Source: an uncultured Gammaproteobacteria bacterium | GTDB taxonomy: Bacteria; Cyanobacteriota; Vampirovibrionia; 2-02-FULL-35-15 | DNA length: 64,000 bases | Direction: 5' to 3' | Assembly (NCBI GenBank): GCA_964602915.1 | Contig: CAZRTB010000003.1 | Span: forward strand, 75,914-139,913 | Part shown: in pieces, positions 30,301-39,878 of the stretch | How positions within the stretch are numbered: position 1 is the stretch's first letter | How the letters are laid out: the number at the start of each line of letters is the position of its first letter | The notes under the pieces: model-generated | What the model saw: the letters and a program-made list of their open reading frames with translations, nothing else | What the model was told of the DNA's origin: nothing | Database searches by the model: none | Translations under genes and position numbers: made by a program

Positions 30301-31231
30301 TGCTCCTGTTAATTCAGTTCATGATGCTATAGCAGTTGGTCAAATCAAAGCGCAAAAAGGAAATATTGATGGTTCTATATCTTCATTTAGACAAGCAACT
30401 CAGCTAGATCCTCAAAACAGTTCAGCATGGGCTAAGCTAGGAGAAGCGACATTTAACAGAGGACAATCATCAAATAACAGATCAGCTTTTGAAGAAGCTT
30501 TGTCATACTTCAAAAAATCTCGTGAAATCTCTCCATATAATGTGGAGGCATGGTCAGGAGAAGGTAATGTATACTTTAGCTTTGCAAGCAGATTTAAAGA
30601 CTTTAAATTTATTCCTCTTGCAGAACAAGCATATAGAAATTCTTTTAAAGCAGATTTAAACTACTGGCCTTCCCGTATAAATTATGCAAAGATTTTATAT
30701 GGTCAAGGTCCTACTAGATATAATGAGGCTCTCAAGAATTTTAGTCATGTAATAAGTAGACTTTATCCAGAGAGTGCTGAAGCCAGGTATTTAGCAGGAA
30801 TGATTTATCAATCACAAAATAATTTTGTGCCAGCTTATCAGCTTTATAACAGTGCTGTTCAGCTTGGACTATCTGGAAGTCAGCTGGCTGATGCTCAGGC
30901 TCAGATACAGATATTAACTGCTGAGCTTCAAAAAATGCAAAACGGTCAATATCAACCTCAACAGCAACCACAACAGCAACAACAGCAAGCTCAACAGCAA
31001 AATCAGGCAACTGACAATGCAAAGCAAGAGCTTGAAAAGAAAATTCAAGAAGCTGAAAAGAATCCAGAAAACGCAAAAAAAACTGAAGCTCTAAAAAGAG
31101 TACTTCAAATAGGTGATGAAATTAAAGAGGTTCCATCTGACGAAGCTGGAAATACTAAAAAATCCGATAGCGCCCCTCCAAGTAAAGCTCTAGAAGATTC
31201 ATTTAATCCATCATCTAACAAGTCAAACTAA
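27305..31231 (+). CDS. Large fusion protein: N-terminal MFS-like transmembrane domain, spermidine/spermine synthase-like aminopropyltransferase domain, TPR-like repeats, and a poly-Gln/charged tail
   Basis: About 12 N-terminal transmembrane helices; DIIISQPADPWVNGASQLFTREFW (spermidine synthase family); TPR-like helical repeats; QQQPQQQQQQAQQQ low-complexity stretch. Confidence 0.7.
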   Translation: MEKTEMSKVQTMERPQNQKKSDPETLKFIYGVVLSCFLLSGISGLIYENVWTRMLTYVFGGTTLAVSTVLTAFLGGLALGSYLGGRYIDHFKKPLLAYGILELAIGIYGLLVPTLFSEAFLTPIWQTVVQMFEGVQFISYLVRFLISVMLLAVPTVLMGATLPILSRYLTNVRSDVVPFNVGALYTINTVGAVIGCFLSGFIFLPSIGVSPTVYIAAFLNLILASAVIFLAKANSKVQVDTPEAKQDSRNLEELVAESEDIPLELIKLSMIAFAVSGFVALVFEVVWTRTLTLVFGSSTYAFSTMLTTFLIGLAIGSAVMTKLQEKIERPVFWIGALLCGIAVTGFLTACMFNELPWMFLSQAQKLPDDPGTSWFLLTVHRFFVSSFVMFLPTLLSGMIFPLIIRVYSSRPDHIGETVGKLYALNTFGCIIGSFTTGFIFIPLFGSLGSGIQATTKLGILVALGTGLYIVYRDILQNDSLNEKQSKISISWIYMSAVIGLVSTLFVIPAWDKSIMTTGVAIYHSLSYKNLTREQFFNIFKFDNAREKIKFYKEGLTTVVTITADESGNTTLLKNNGKVDAGVPTDGDGPSQADMVTQVLLGQLPLLLHKNEPESALVVGLGSGCTTGSVVRYPSIKSVKVCEIERAVIDGDKYFEPPLDKDPLGGNGSPLNPQRNPLAERIKAIHTDGRNYLLTTKEKFDIIISQPADPWVNGASQLFTREFWRLGSQHLKPNGLFCEWIQLYSITPEYLGVLVNSFKQSFGKYENGKKVSDGYVYLFRPGLAGEILLIGSNDPIEVDVDKIEKRIKTSFTAKGKSGAVLEVKTLDDLGRISINDSVGIVSQLLLGDDQVTEFAKIQTQNVPRLKSLPLAQRINTDDNVIIEFEAPKKLHLFYAPIADNLDSISQGTNGDITKYLINIGKTDVEKSAFLARLAIAHVKKANLQDPRGKLVDPNLKIATFLADKAVELNPSAEAFAAKYFVSSRKGNEIEATSYLTKAETAPVNSVHDAIAVGQIKAQKGNIDGSISSFRQATQLDPQNSSAWAKLGEATFNRGQSSNNRSAFEEALSYFKKSREISPYNVEAWSGEGNVYFSFASRFKDFKFIPLAEQAYRNSFKADLNYWPSRINYAKILYGQGPTRYNEALKNFSHVISRLYPESAEARYLAGMIYQSQNNFVPAYQLYNSAVQLGLSGSQLADAQAQIQILTAELQKMQNGQYQPQQQPQQQQQQAQQQNQATDNAKQELEKKIQEAEKNPENAKKTEALKRVLQIGDEIKEVPSDEAGNTKKSDSAPPSKALEDSFNPSSNKSN

Positions 31232-31255
31232 AACAGATTGAAAGGTTAGATAAAA

Positions 31256-32347
31256 ATGTATAGAGCAGGAATTGTTGGCTTACCAAATGTAGGTAAATCT
31301 ACTCTTTTTAATTCATTAATTAAAAACCATCAGGCTGAGGCGGCTAACTATCCTTTTTGTACCATTGAGCCGAATGTAGGCATAGTTAATCTTCCTGATG
31401 AAAGGCTTGATAAGCTTGCACTAGCTTTTAAATCAGAGAAGATTGTACCTGCAGCATTTGAGTTTGTAGATATTGCTGGGCTAGTGAAAGGAGCAAGCAA
31501 AGGTGAAGGACTAGGGAATAAATTTTTAAGTCACATTCGTGAGGTCGACTCCATAGTACATGTAGTTAGATGTTTTGAAGACTCAAACATAATCCACGTA
31601 GAGCAAAAAGTGGATCCTGTTCGTGATATTGAAATAATAAGTACAGAACTTGCACTGGCAGATCTTCAGAGCTTAGAAAAGATGATTGAAAATACTGGTC
31701 GTAAAATTAAAAGCAATGATAAAGATGCTAAGAGACAGCTCGAAATCCTAAACATGTTACAGGGCTTTTTAAATGAAGGGAAGCCATTGTCATCATTAAA
31801 TCTGGAGAATGAAGATCTTATATTTTACAAATCATTATTTCTACTTTCTATTAAACCCGTAATTTATGCCTGCAATGTTTCAGAGGAAGATTTAAGTGAC
31901 CCATCTAAAAATCCTCACTACAAAGCAGTTATGGAATATGCTAGTAAAAGAAACTCTAAATGTGTTCCTATCTGTGCAAAGCTTGAAGCAGAATTAATTG
32001 TTTTAAGTGAAGAAGAAAAAGCAGAGTTTATAGGAGATAATGGATCAGGAATAAACAATCTTATTAGAGAGACCTTTGATTTACTTGGCTTAATGACGTA
32101 TTTTACTGTAGGAGAAAAAGAAGCCAGAGCATGGACTATAAATAAAAAAACAAAAGCCCCTCAGGCGGCTGGAGTAATTCACACTGACTTTGAAAAAGGA
32201 TTTATTAAAGCTGAGGTTATCAGCTATGGTGAATTAATAAAATTAGGCTCAAAAGCAAAAGCACGTGAAGCCGGTGTCGCTCGCCTTGAAGGAAAAGAGT
32301 ACATTATGCAGGATAGTGACGTAGTAGAGTTTAAATTTAATGTCTAG
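31256..32347 (+). CDS. ychF: Ribosome-binding ATPase YchF (Obg-family GTPase fold)
   Basis: [16 protein letters not shown]-loop and a TGS C-terminal domain. Confidence 0.9.
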   Translation: MYRAGIVGLPNVGKSTLFNSLIKNHQAEAANYPFCTIEPNVGIVNLPDERLDKLALAFKSEKIVPAAFEFVDIAGLVKGASKGEGLGNKFLSHIREVDSIVHVVRCFEDSNIIHVEQKVDPVRDIEIISTELALADLQSLEKMIENTGRKIKSNDKDAKRQLEILNMLQGFLNEGKPLSSLNLENEDLIFYKSLFLLSIKPVIYACNVSEEDLSDPSKNPHYKAVMEYASKRNSKCVPICAKLEAELIVLSEEEKAEFIGDNGSGINNLIRETFDLLGLMTYFTVGEKEARAWTINKKTKAPQAAGVIHTDFEKGFIKAEVISYGELIKLGSKAKAREAGVARLEGKEYIMQDSDVVEFKFNV

Positions 32348-32358
32348 ATTAAATTAAT

Positions 32359-32808
32359 TTAAAACGGTATCTCTTCATTACTTGTAAAAGCTTCTTCCAT
32401 ACTGGAAATCTGCTCTATATCATCTGTCTTTTTAAATGTTTCTGAATCACCTTTAGTACCCTGTGGTACTTCTATAGACATTACATCTTTTAATGAAATG
32501 ACTGAAGTTGCATCTATCTCTAATTCTCTTTTTTTCTTTCCATCCTGAGTAGTATAAGCATTAATCTGGGCACGTCCGATTACTAGAACTTTATCTCCAG
32601 CTTTTAAACTTTTCTCAGAAAACTCAGCTAGATCTCTCCATGCATTAACTCTAACGATCTGTGTAGAAGTACCTTCAGATTGCTGTGATCCTCTTGGCAT
32701 AAAGGATACTTCTAAAGTTAAATTCGCCACTGGAATATTTGTCGGAGTAAATCTTTTTTCTGGATCTTTTTTTAACGTTCCTGAAACAGTAATTGAGCTT
32801 AGACTCAT
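32359..32808 (-). CDS. ssb: Single-stranded DNA-binding protein
   Basis: OB-fold sequence and an acidic C-terminal tail ending EEIPF. The rpsF-ssb gene order is conserved. Confidence 0.85.
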   Translation of the reverse strand: MSLSSITVSGTLKKDPEKRFTPTNIPVANLTLEVSFMPRGSQQSEGTSTQIVRVNAWRDLAEFSEKSLKAGDKVLVIGRAQINAYTTQDGKKKRELEIDATSVISLKDVMSIEVPQGTKGDSETFKKTDDIEQISSMEEAFTSNEEIPF

Positions 32809-32814
32809 AATTAA

Positions 32815-33165
32815 TTACCTACTTATTTGTGCTGTATTTGGCAGTTTAACTCCGGGCTTGATTTCTTCTTTTCTGATAATCATATAACGCAAAATGTCAT
32901 CAGAGACTGCAAGATTTCTTTTTAATATATTTGGTAATTCAGAAGATGAGTTAAATACAAGACTAATATAATAGCCTTCTTTTATTCCATTAATTTTGTG
33001 AGAAAATCTTCTTCTATTTGGATCTTCTGTCCTAACGATAGTTCCACCATTGTTTTTAATTGTAGCTTCTACCTGGCTAATGATTCTCTCTAAATCATCT
33101 TCACCAACGTTTGATTTTAAAACGATTGTTGCTTCATATATTTTTTTGACTAATGTCTTAACCAT
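32815..33165 (-). CDS. rpsF: 30S ribosomal protein S6 (bS6)
   Basis: bS6-like sequence and position immediately upstream of ssb. Confidence 0.8.
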   Translation of the reverse strand: MVKTLVKKIYEATIVLKSNVGEDDLERIISQVEATIKNNGGTIVRTEDPNRRRFSHKINGIKEGYYISLVFNSSSELPNILKRNLAVSDDILRYMIIRKEEIKPGVKLPNTAQISR

Positions 33166-33190
33166 AATAACCTCTTACTTATTTTAGGTA

Positions 33191-33646
33191 TTAAAGTATA
33201 GCACTTAAAGAATCAATTTTTAACTGTCTTTCATTCTCTACAATATTTCCATTTTTATCTTTAACATAATCAATATATACATTTATATTTGTGTCTAAAG
33301 GGGTGACAAATGACTTATTGAAGTTTTCAACCCATTCAATAAGGATCACTGAACCATTTTCAAAATAAGATTTAACAGTTTCATTTTTATGAACTTTCAT
33401 ATAGAAATCCATATGAATAAATGGCAGTCTTCCAGAAAAATTTTCATTAATTCCAAGAAAAGTAGGACTATTTATTAGCTCTTTAACCTCAAGTCCTTCT
33501 GCCACTCCTTTTGCAAAAACTGTTTTACCTGTACCTAAATTACCATGCATACCAATTAAAGTTGGCTTTGTTATTTTTAAACCAATTTCTTTCCCCACTT
33601 GAAAAGTATCATTTGGACTTTTTGTAATTATAGTTCTACTATTCAT
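33191..33646 (-). CDS. tsaE: tRNA threonylcarbamoyladenosine biosynthesis protein TsaE (YjeE)
   Basis: P-loop GNLGTGKT at about 150 aa. Confidence 0.8.
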   Translation of the reverse strand: MNSRTIITKSPNDTFQVGKEIGLKITKPTLIGMHGNLGTGKTVFAKGVAEGLEVKELINSPTFLGINENFSGRLPFIHMDFYMKVHKNETVKSYFENGSVILIEWVENFNKSFVTPLDTNINVYIDYVKDKNGNIVENERQLKIDSLSAIL

Positions 33647-33662
33647 ATTTAAAAAACAAAGA

Positions 33663-34247
33663 TTATGGTTGCAACTTATCAGTTTTATCGTATTTTTTAG
33701 TGTAATCGTTTATAACCATTATGGGCTGAGAGATTTCTAAACCCTCACCACCAATAGCTTTTAAAGGCTTTCCATCAATGTTTAAATAAATTTTCTTTTC
33801 AGGTGCAACATCTTTTAAAGTTTTATATAACTGCAAATATTTTAATTGTGCATTTGCTGAACCCCCACCAATAAGAAACTGAGATGAAACATCAACAATA
33901 ATTTCATCCTTGCTACTTTCTACCTTTAGAAGTCTTGTTCCTTCTGGTATTTCACTCATAATTCCATCTAATTGTTCATTTTTTGTAGGACCTAAAAACA
34001 GTTCATATAAACTAGCATCGATAGGGCTATCTTCAGGACTTATTCTCCTTGATAAAGACACAAAAGATAGTTCATCTGGCTTTGTAGACTTTAAAAAATA
34101 GACTTTAACTCTGTTTGCTCCTTTAAAGAAAGACCGTGACTGGGTCTTAGTGGAAGAAGTCATTGAACAAGATGAAAGAAAAAGAGGAAGAATAAACAAA
34201 ATTATTATCGAGATGTTAGTTAATATTGTTTTGTATTTTTTTTGCAT
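33663..34247 (-). CDS. Lipoprotein with a GerMN-like (sporulation/germination) domain
   Basis: Lipobox LSSCS after a signal peptide. GerMN-like region. The 5' end overlaps the upstream gene. Confidence 0.45.
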   Translation of the reverse strand: MQKKYKTILTNISIIILFILPLFLSSCSMTSSTKTQSRSFFKGANRVKVYFLKSTKPDELSFVSLSRRISPEDSPIDASLYELFLGPTKNEQLDGIMSEIPEGTRLLKVESSKDEIIVDVSSQFLIGGGSANAQLKYLQLYKTLKDVAPEKKIYLNIDGKPLKAIGGEGLEISQPIMVINDYTKKYDKTDKLQP

Positions 34248-35118
34248 TTATATCCAGGATTAAATTATTTTCTTCATAGTTTAAGTTAACTGATTCTATT
34301 GTAAGTCCTTTTTTCTCATATTTTGCAAAATTAAATACAGGATTTATTAAGTCTTCTAGAACTTTACTAAATTCTCTGCCTATATCTGAGTCTTTTGTAA
34401 ATATATCTTTTGCTGAGCTCTTCAAATCTTTAATTAATATTTTTTTTTCCTCCAACCCTATCCTGCCTGTAAAGCTCAAGTAAATAGGTTCAGGATCAGC
34501 CTTTTCATTTTCAAGGCTTTCAATAGCCGATATTACACTTACCTCACCATTATTATTTATCATAATATCAATATCATTAACTTTTATTTTAGTAGAACCA
34601 AAAGGAGGAAGAGGAAGGTCTATAGCCGTATTTAGATTTTTCCATTTCGGAAGATTTTTTATAACCTCATTAATTTCATTTAAGTCAACAATAATTTTTG
34701 TCTTAATTGAAACAGGTAATAAAAGTCTACTTTTTCTTTTATTTCCCTCTTTAATCCTTTTTATATAAATAGGACCAGTTACATCAATATTTAAAGCTTT
34801 CAAAGGAATTTTTTTATACCTTAAGTTCTCACAATTTAGCGTGAACTTTTTTGCTTTTTTCATTAAAAGATCAATACCACTAAAAGAAGAAATCTTAATC
34901 CTTGATTTTTGTGCTCTCATCTTAATTTTTAAGTACGATTTCACTGAAGTTTCATATAGTTTTCTAACCAGGAAATTAAATCCTGTGTATTTCTGAATAG
35001 TATAGGAAGTACGACTAGCTGTTTTTAGCTCAACAGCTTCCTGAGCAAAAGCCGTAGTAATAGCCAAATTGATAAGAACAGTCAAAACAACCAGAATTAT
35101 TTTTATTCTATATACCAT
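34216..35118 (-). CDS. Secreted hypothetical protein (signal peptide)
   Basis: N-terminal signal peptide ending AFAQE. No catalytic motif identified. Confidence 0.4.
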   Translation of the reverse strand: MVYRIKIILVVLTVLINLAITTAFAQEAVELKTASRTSYTIQKYTGFNFLVRKLYETSVKSYLKIKMRAQKSRIKISSFSGIDLLMKKAKKFTLNCENLRYKKIPLKALNIDVTGPIYIKRIKEGNKRKSRLLLPVSIKTKIIVDLNEINEVIKNLPKWKNLNTAIDLPLPPFGSTKIKVNDIDIMINNNGEVSVISAIESLENEKADPEPIYLSFTGRIGLEEKKILIKDLKSSAKDIFTKDSDIGREFSKVLEDLINPVFNFAKYEKKGLTIESVNLNYEENNLILDINAKKIQNNIN

Positions 35119-35130
35119 TTAAAATTTGCT

Positions 35131-36009
35131 TTATTTCCCTTGATAAAAGACTTTCTTTGCAAAGCCTTTGAATGCTAACCATGTAAAGAACACCACGATT
35201 AAAAATAAAACCCATGCCATACTTGAAGCATACCCAAGTTTAAAGTCTTCAAATGCATTTTGATAAGCATAGAGAGAATAAAATGTTGTTGCATACTGAG
35301 GACCACCTGAAGTCATCACATAAGCCGGAACAAAGTATTGAAAAACACTGATTATCCCTATGACTAGATTAAAAAAGATTGTTGGTGAAAGCATTGGAAT
35401 TGTAATATAAAAAAGCTTTTGAAAAAAATTTGCACCATCAATATCGGCAGATTCATAAAGTGACTGAGGAATGTCCTGTAAGCCAGCAAGATAAATTAAA
35501 ACTGAGTTGCCTGTAGTCCAAATACTCATAATTACTAATGCTAATAGTGCCCATTTTGGATCACTAAACCATAGTGGACCATTAATCCCAACCTTATTTA
35601 AAAAACAGTTTAATAGTCCACCTTCATCCCCCCTGAAAATCCATAGCCAGATAATTGAACTGGCAACCAATGGGACAATACTAGGCAGATAGAAACAAGT
35701 CCTATAAATCGAGATTCCTTTAACTTTTTGATTCAAAATAATAGCTAAACTAACCCCTACTATGACTGAAAGTGGCAGAGTTATAGAAGCATACAAAAAG
35801 GTAACACTTAAAGATTTCCAAAATATAGGATCCTCTAACATGAATTTATAGTTATCTAGACCTATAAAAACTGGTTTTCTGAGGATATCGTACTCTGTAA
35901 AGCTCAAATATAAAGATGCAATAACAGGAATTAACAAAAACACAAAAAACCCTATTAGCCAGGGTAAAAGAAATAAGAGTACATAAAATATGTGCTTTGT
36001 TTTACTCAT
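35131..36009 (-). CDS. ABC transporter permease (MalF/UgpA-type, binding-protein-dependent inner-membrane component), apparently orphan
   Basis: EAA-loop region ESADIDGANFFQKLFYITIPM and 6 transmembrane helices. No ATPase or substrate-binding-protein genes adjacent. Confidence 0.7.
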   Translation of the reverse strand: MSKTKHIFYVLLFLLPWLIGFFVFLLIPVIASLYLSFTEYDILRKPVFIGLDNYKFMLEDPIFWKSLSVTFLYASITLPLSVIVGVSLAIILNQKVKGISIYRTCFYLPSIVPLVASSIIWLWIFRGDEGGLLNCFLNKVGINGPLWFSDPKWALLALVIMSIWTTGNSVLIYLAGLQDIPQSLYESADIDGANFFQKLFYITIPMLSPTIFFNLVIGIISVFQYFVPAYVMTSGGPQYATTFYSLYAYQNAFEDFKLGYASSMAWVLFLIVVFFTWLAFKGFAKKVFYQGK

Positions 36010-36017
36010 GAATATTT

Positions 36018-38219
36018 ATGGAATTAAACATATTTAAATTTAAACAAATTAAACTGAATCTATTTTTTAGAACATTAATTTATTCACTTCTTATTATATT
36101 GATTTCCTTTGGTTCTTACTTTGGAAGTATACCTGTTTTGAGTAACTTTTTACATGATATAGAAAATCAAACATATGATTTATTGTTTTTAATTCGACAT
36201 AAATTAAATTTTAATCCTAAAACACCAAAAGATATTGTAATTATTGGAATTGATGCCGCTTCAATTAAAAAAGTGGGAGTACCATGGCCATGGCCAAGGC
36301 AATTTCATGGATCTTTGGTAGATGCTTTGCATGAGTCAAATGCAAAAAGTGTATTTTTCGACATCATTTTTGATACCATTTCACCTTTAAGCTTGCAGAC
36401 ACAAGATATTGATGGTGACAATGTTTCCATGTCTACAACAGATGCAGGGAAAGAAGATGATGATATTTTTGGAATGTCAATTTCAAATGCCATGAATGTG
36501 TTTCTTGCTTGTGAAGCAGAACCACTTTCCAAAACCAAATATCACGTTGCACTTCCCATAGACACCTACTTGGATGCTCTAAATAATGATCCAAGTTTCT
36601 TAGGAAATACTGCAGTAACCTATGATGATGATAATTTCGTAAGAAGAGTTAAAGTCATTTACAGAGAATTCTTTAAAGATCCTGCTATAAGCAGTTCAAT
36701 ACCACTTAGAGTATCCCAGTTTATTCTAAATAAAAAAGCTGTTGTACTTCCAGATGGATTCGTTAAAATTGGTACAAGAAAAATTCCCGAGAAATTTCTA
36801 ATTAATTACTATGGTCCCTGTGGAACAATAAAAACCATTCCCTACTGGAAAGCTCTTGATTATATTTATAGTGGGAAGGGAAAGGTTTTTAAAAATAAAA
36901 TTGTTCTGGTAGGAAGAACAAATCTTAAAGCATCTATTGATCCCTTTAGAAGTGTCAGGGCACCTGATTCATTTGCAACACCATTTTCTAAAATTACACC
37001 GAATTTTTCTGGGGTAGAGGTTCAAGCCACAATCATTTCAAACATTTTAAACGAACATTATATAAAAAATGTTAGCACTTCCTCTCTCTTTATTATTTTG
37101 TTTTTCATAAGTTTAATTGCTTCACTTTCTGCATACTATTTCAGAGCTAAACTTCTAACATCACTATACTGCTCAGTATTTTTATCTGCAGGATATTTAA
37201 TATTCTCTTTTTTACTATTTACTTTTTTTATGATTGCAACTCCTCCAACCTTCCCAATTTATGGATTAATTATTCCTATCTTTTTTGTAAATTTTCTTGA
37301 TCAATATTTTGTTGTAGACAGCACGAGAAGAAGACAGGCAAAGTTCTTTAAACAGTTAGTATCTCCTCAGGTTGCTGAAGAAATTGAAAAAATGGGATAT
37401 GAAGAATTAGCACTTGGAGGAACAAGAAGAGAAATAACTGTAATCTTTACTGATATTCAGAATTTCACAAGCCTCTGTGAAAGGATTAAACCTGAAGTTG
37501 TAGTAAGTATATTAAATAAGTTTCTAACTGAAATGGTTAAAATCATCCATAAACATAATGGACTAGTAGACAAGTTTATTGGAGATGCCATTATGGCTCT
37601 TTGGGGCACTCCAAAACATATGGATAGCAAAGAGCAAGCTGAATCAGCATTAAGCTGTGCTCTAGCTATGAGAGATGGGCTTAAAGTAATTAATGAAATA
37701 TGGAGAGGAATGGGATTTGAGCAAGATTTAAATATTAGAATTGGGGTAAATACTGACGAAGCAATTACAGGAAACTTAGGTTCTCCACAAAGAGCACAAT
37801 TTAGCGCAATTGGAGATGGAGTTAATGTTGCCAGTCGCTTAGAAGGGGTAAATAAAGTTTATGGTACTGGGATCTTATTTTCAGAGAAAACTTATAATCT
37901 TATAGATAAAAACCACTTTAATTTTAGAGAAATTGACACTGTTCTAGTACCTGGGAAAGCCACTCCTATTAGAATCTTTGAACTAATTGATCCTAGGGTT
38001 TTTAATGAAGAGCTTATTAGAACATATGAAGAAGCTCTGAAAAGTTATAGAAATAAAGATTTTGATGGTGCTATAAAGCTATGGGAAAAATGCTTAAAAA
38101 TCAAATCTGAGGATAAGCCATCACTAGTAATGCTAAACAGAGCAATGAAATTCAAAGATAAAATAACTGAAGAGGAATTAATAAAATGGAGTCATGTCTG
38201 GTCCGTTGACAGCAAATAA
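36018..38219 (+). CDS. CHASE2 sensor domain / class III adenylate-guanylate cyclase
   Basis: N-terminal periplasmic CHASE2-like region flanked by transmembrane helices. Cyclase motifs FTDIQNFTSL and GDAIMALWG. Confidence 0.8.
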   Translation: MELNIFKFKQIKLNLFFRTLIYSLLIILISFGSYFGSIPVLSNFLHDIENQTYDLLFLIRHKLNFNPKTPKDIVIIGIDAASIKKVGVPWPWPRQFHGSLVDALHESNAKSVFFDIIFDTISPLSLQTQDIDGDNVSMSTTDAGKEDDDIFGMSISNAMNVFLACEAEPLSKTKYHVALPIDTYLDALNNDPSFLGNTAVTYDDDNFVRRVKVIYREFFKDPAISSSIPLRVSQFILNKKAVVLPDGFVKIGTRKIPEKFLINYYGPCGTIKTIPYWKALDYIYSGKGKVFKNKIVLVGRTNLKASIDPFRSVRAPDSFATPFSKITPNFSGVEVQATIISNILNEHYIKNVSTSSLFIILFFISLIASLSAYYFRAKLLTSLYCSVFLSAGYLIFSFLLFTFFMIATPPTFPIYGLIIPIFFVNFLDQYFVVDSTRRRQAKFFKQLVSPQVAEEIEKMGYEELALGGTRREITVIFTDIQNFTSLCERIKPEVVVSILNKFLTEMVKIIHKHNGLVDKFIGDAIMALWGTPKHMDSKEQAESALSCALAMRDGLKVINEIWRGMGFEQDLNIRIGVNTDEAITGNLGSPQRAQFSAIGDGVNVASRLEGVNKVYGTGILFSEKTYNLIDKNHFNFREIDTVLVPGKATPIRIFELIDPRVFNEELIRTYEEALKSYRNKDFDGAIKLWEKCLKIKSEDKPSLVMLNRAMKFKDKITEEELIKWSHVWSVDSK

Positions 38220-38362
38220 TGTTAGGTCGACGTTCTAAACTTCTTCTTCTTCTTCATGATGAGGAGAAAGAGTTCCTACTAAAAATACCGTGAGGTAGAC
38301 TCCTCCGATTAATAAAAGTGATAATGAAACTGAAATTGCTACGTCCATAATATATCCTATAG

Positions 38363-38635
38363 TTGTTATTCCTCAAAAAACCAAATCTAAACAAAAGTTA
38401 CTTTACATTTAATAGTATAAATTATAATTTAATTATGCAAGAAGTATTATTAAAAACCTTTATAAACAACTGGAATAGGGTTTTCTCCAAACATCCTTGG
38501 CTTGAAGCTTTTTGTCTATCTATAATAATTCACATTATATTTATTAACTTTATATGGTTATGTTGTCAAATACATGTCATCTTTGTACCTAAAGAACCCA
38601 GGCAAAAAATAATAGAGATAGAATTTATAAAATAA
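38363..38635 (+). CDS. Small hypothetical membrane protein; its stop lies 4 nt before cinA
   Basis: ORF with one hydrophobic helix. The true start may be the internal Met (MQEVLL...). Confidence 0.3.
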   Translation: MLFLKKPNLNKSYFTFNSINYNLIMQEVLLKTFINNWNRVFSKHPWLEAFCLSIIIHIIFINFIWLCCQIHVIFVPKEPRQKIIEIEFIK

Positions 38636-38639
38636 AACT

Positions 38640-39878
38640 ATGAAAGCAGAAATAATATGTGTTGGAACCGAACTGCTATTAGGTCAGATTGTTAACACTA
38701 ATGCTCAGTTTATTGCAAATGAATTACATGAACTAGGAATAGACTCACATTTTCAGACTACAGTTGGTGATAATGAAAAAAGAATCCATTCTGTTTTAGA
38801 AATTGCTATGACAAGGTCTGACATTATTATTACTACTGGTGGACTTGGACCAACTTCAGATGATCTAACACATGAATCTATAGCAAGTTTTTTCAACACA
38901 GCTCCCATTTTAGATAAAGTAGTTTTGAAGGAAATCGAAGAAAAATTTGCTCATAGAGGATACAAGAAAATGCCTTCTATGAATAAGAAGCAAGCATTTA
39001 AACCAGAATCTGCAAAATGGATTCCTAATACAAATGGAACAGCAAGAGGAATTATATGGAAAATAAATAAAAAATATATTCTTACATTCCCTGGCGTTCC
39101 AAGTGAACTTTATTCAATGTGGAAAAAAACAGTAAAACCTTTTCTTTTAAAGAATTTTTCTAAAGATATAATATTTTCAAGAACACTTAAATTTACTGGG
39201 ATTGGTGAATCAGCTTTAGCTGAAAAAATAGAACCATTCTTTGACCTAAAGACCACTACAGTAGCTCCTTATGCCAGTCTTGGTGAAGTAAAAATAAGAG
39301 TAACATCGAAATCCAAAAGTTTATCTAAAGCAAAATCTAATGTTTCTAAAATTTGTACAAAAATATTAAAAAAAACAAATGATTACTACTTTGGTGATGA
39401 TGATGAGTCTCTTGAAGAAATCGTAGGAAAAATACTGGTTTCAAAAAAACTAACGATATCACTTGCTGAATCATGTACTGGGGGATTTCTTTCTAAAAGA
39501 CTTACGGATATTCCTGGCAGTTCGAAATATATAAAACTAAACGCTATCACATACTCAAATTCAGCAAAAAATAAATTGTTAAAAGTCCCTCTTGATGTAT
39601 TAAATAAATATGGAGCCGTCAGTCCAGAAACTGCTATAGGAATGGCAAAGGGTATAAAAACTTTATCAGGATCAGATATAGGGTTTTCAATTACTGGGAT
39701 AGCTGGACCAGGTGGAGGAAGTAAGAAAAAACCAGTAGGACTTGTATATTTTGGATTAGTATATAAGAATAAAATTAAAGTAGAGAAAAAAGAATTTTAT
39801 TATAGGTACTCCAGAGCTGATATCAGATGGCTTTCAACACAATTTGCATTAAACTGGATTAGAAAAGAACTTAAATAG
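38640..39878 (+). CDS. cinA: Competence/damage-inducible protein CinA (N-terminal molybdenum-cofactor-binding MocF-like domain, C-terminal CinA domain)
   Basis: MKAEIICVGTELLLGQIVNTN N-terminus and a C-terminal nicotinamide mononucleotide (NMN) deamidase-like domain. Confidence 0.85.
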   Translation: MKAEIICVGTELLLGQIVNTNAQFIANELHELGIDSHFQTTVGDNEKRIHSVLEIAMTRSDIIITTGGLGPTSDDLTHESIASFFNTAPILDKVVLKEIEEKFAHRGYKKMPSMNKKQAFKPESAKWIPNTNGTARGIIWKINKKYILTFPGVPSELYSMWKKTVKPFLLKNFSKDIIFSRTLKFTGIGESALAEKIEPFFDLKTTTVAPYASLGEVKIRVTSKSKSLSKAKSNVSKICTKILKKTNDYYFGDDDESLEEIVGKILVSKKLTISLAESCTGGFLSKRLTDIPGSSKYIKLNAITYSNSAKNKLLKVPLDVLNKYGAVSPETAIGMAKGIKTLSGSDIGFSITGIAGPGGGSKKKPVGLVYFGLVYKNKIKVEKKEFYYRYSRADIRWLSTQFALNWIRKELK

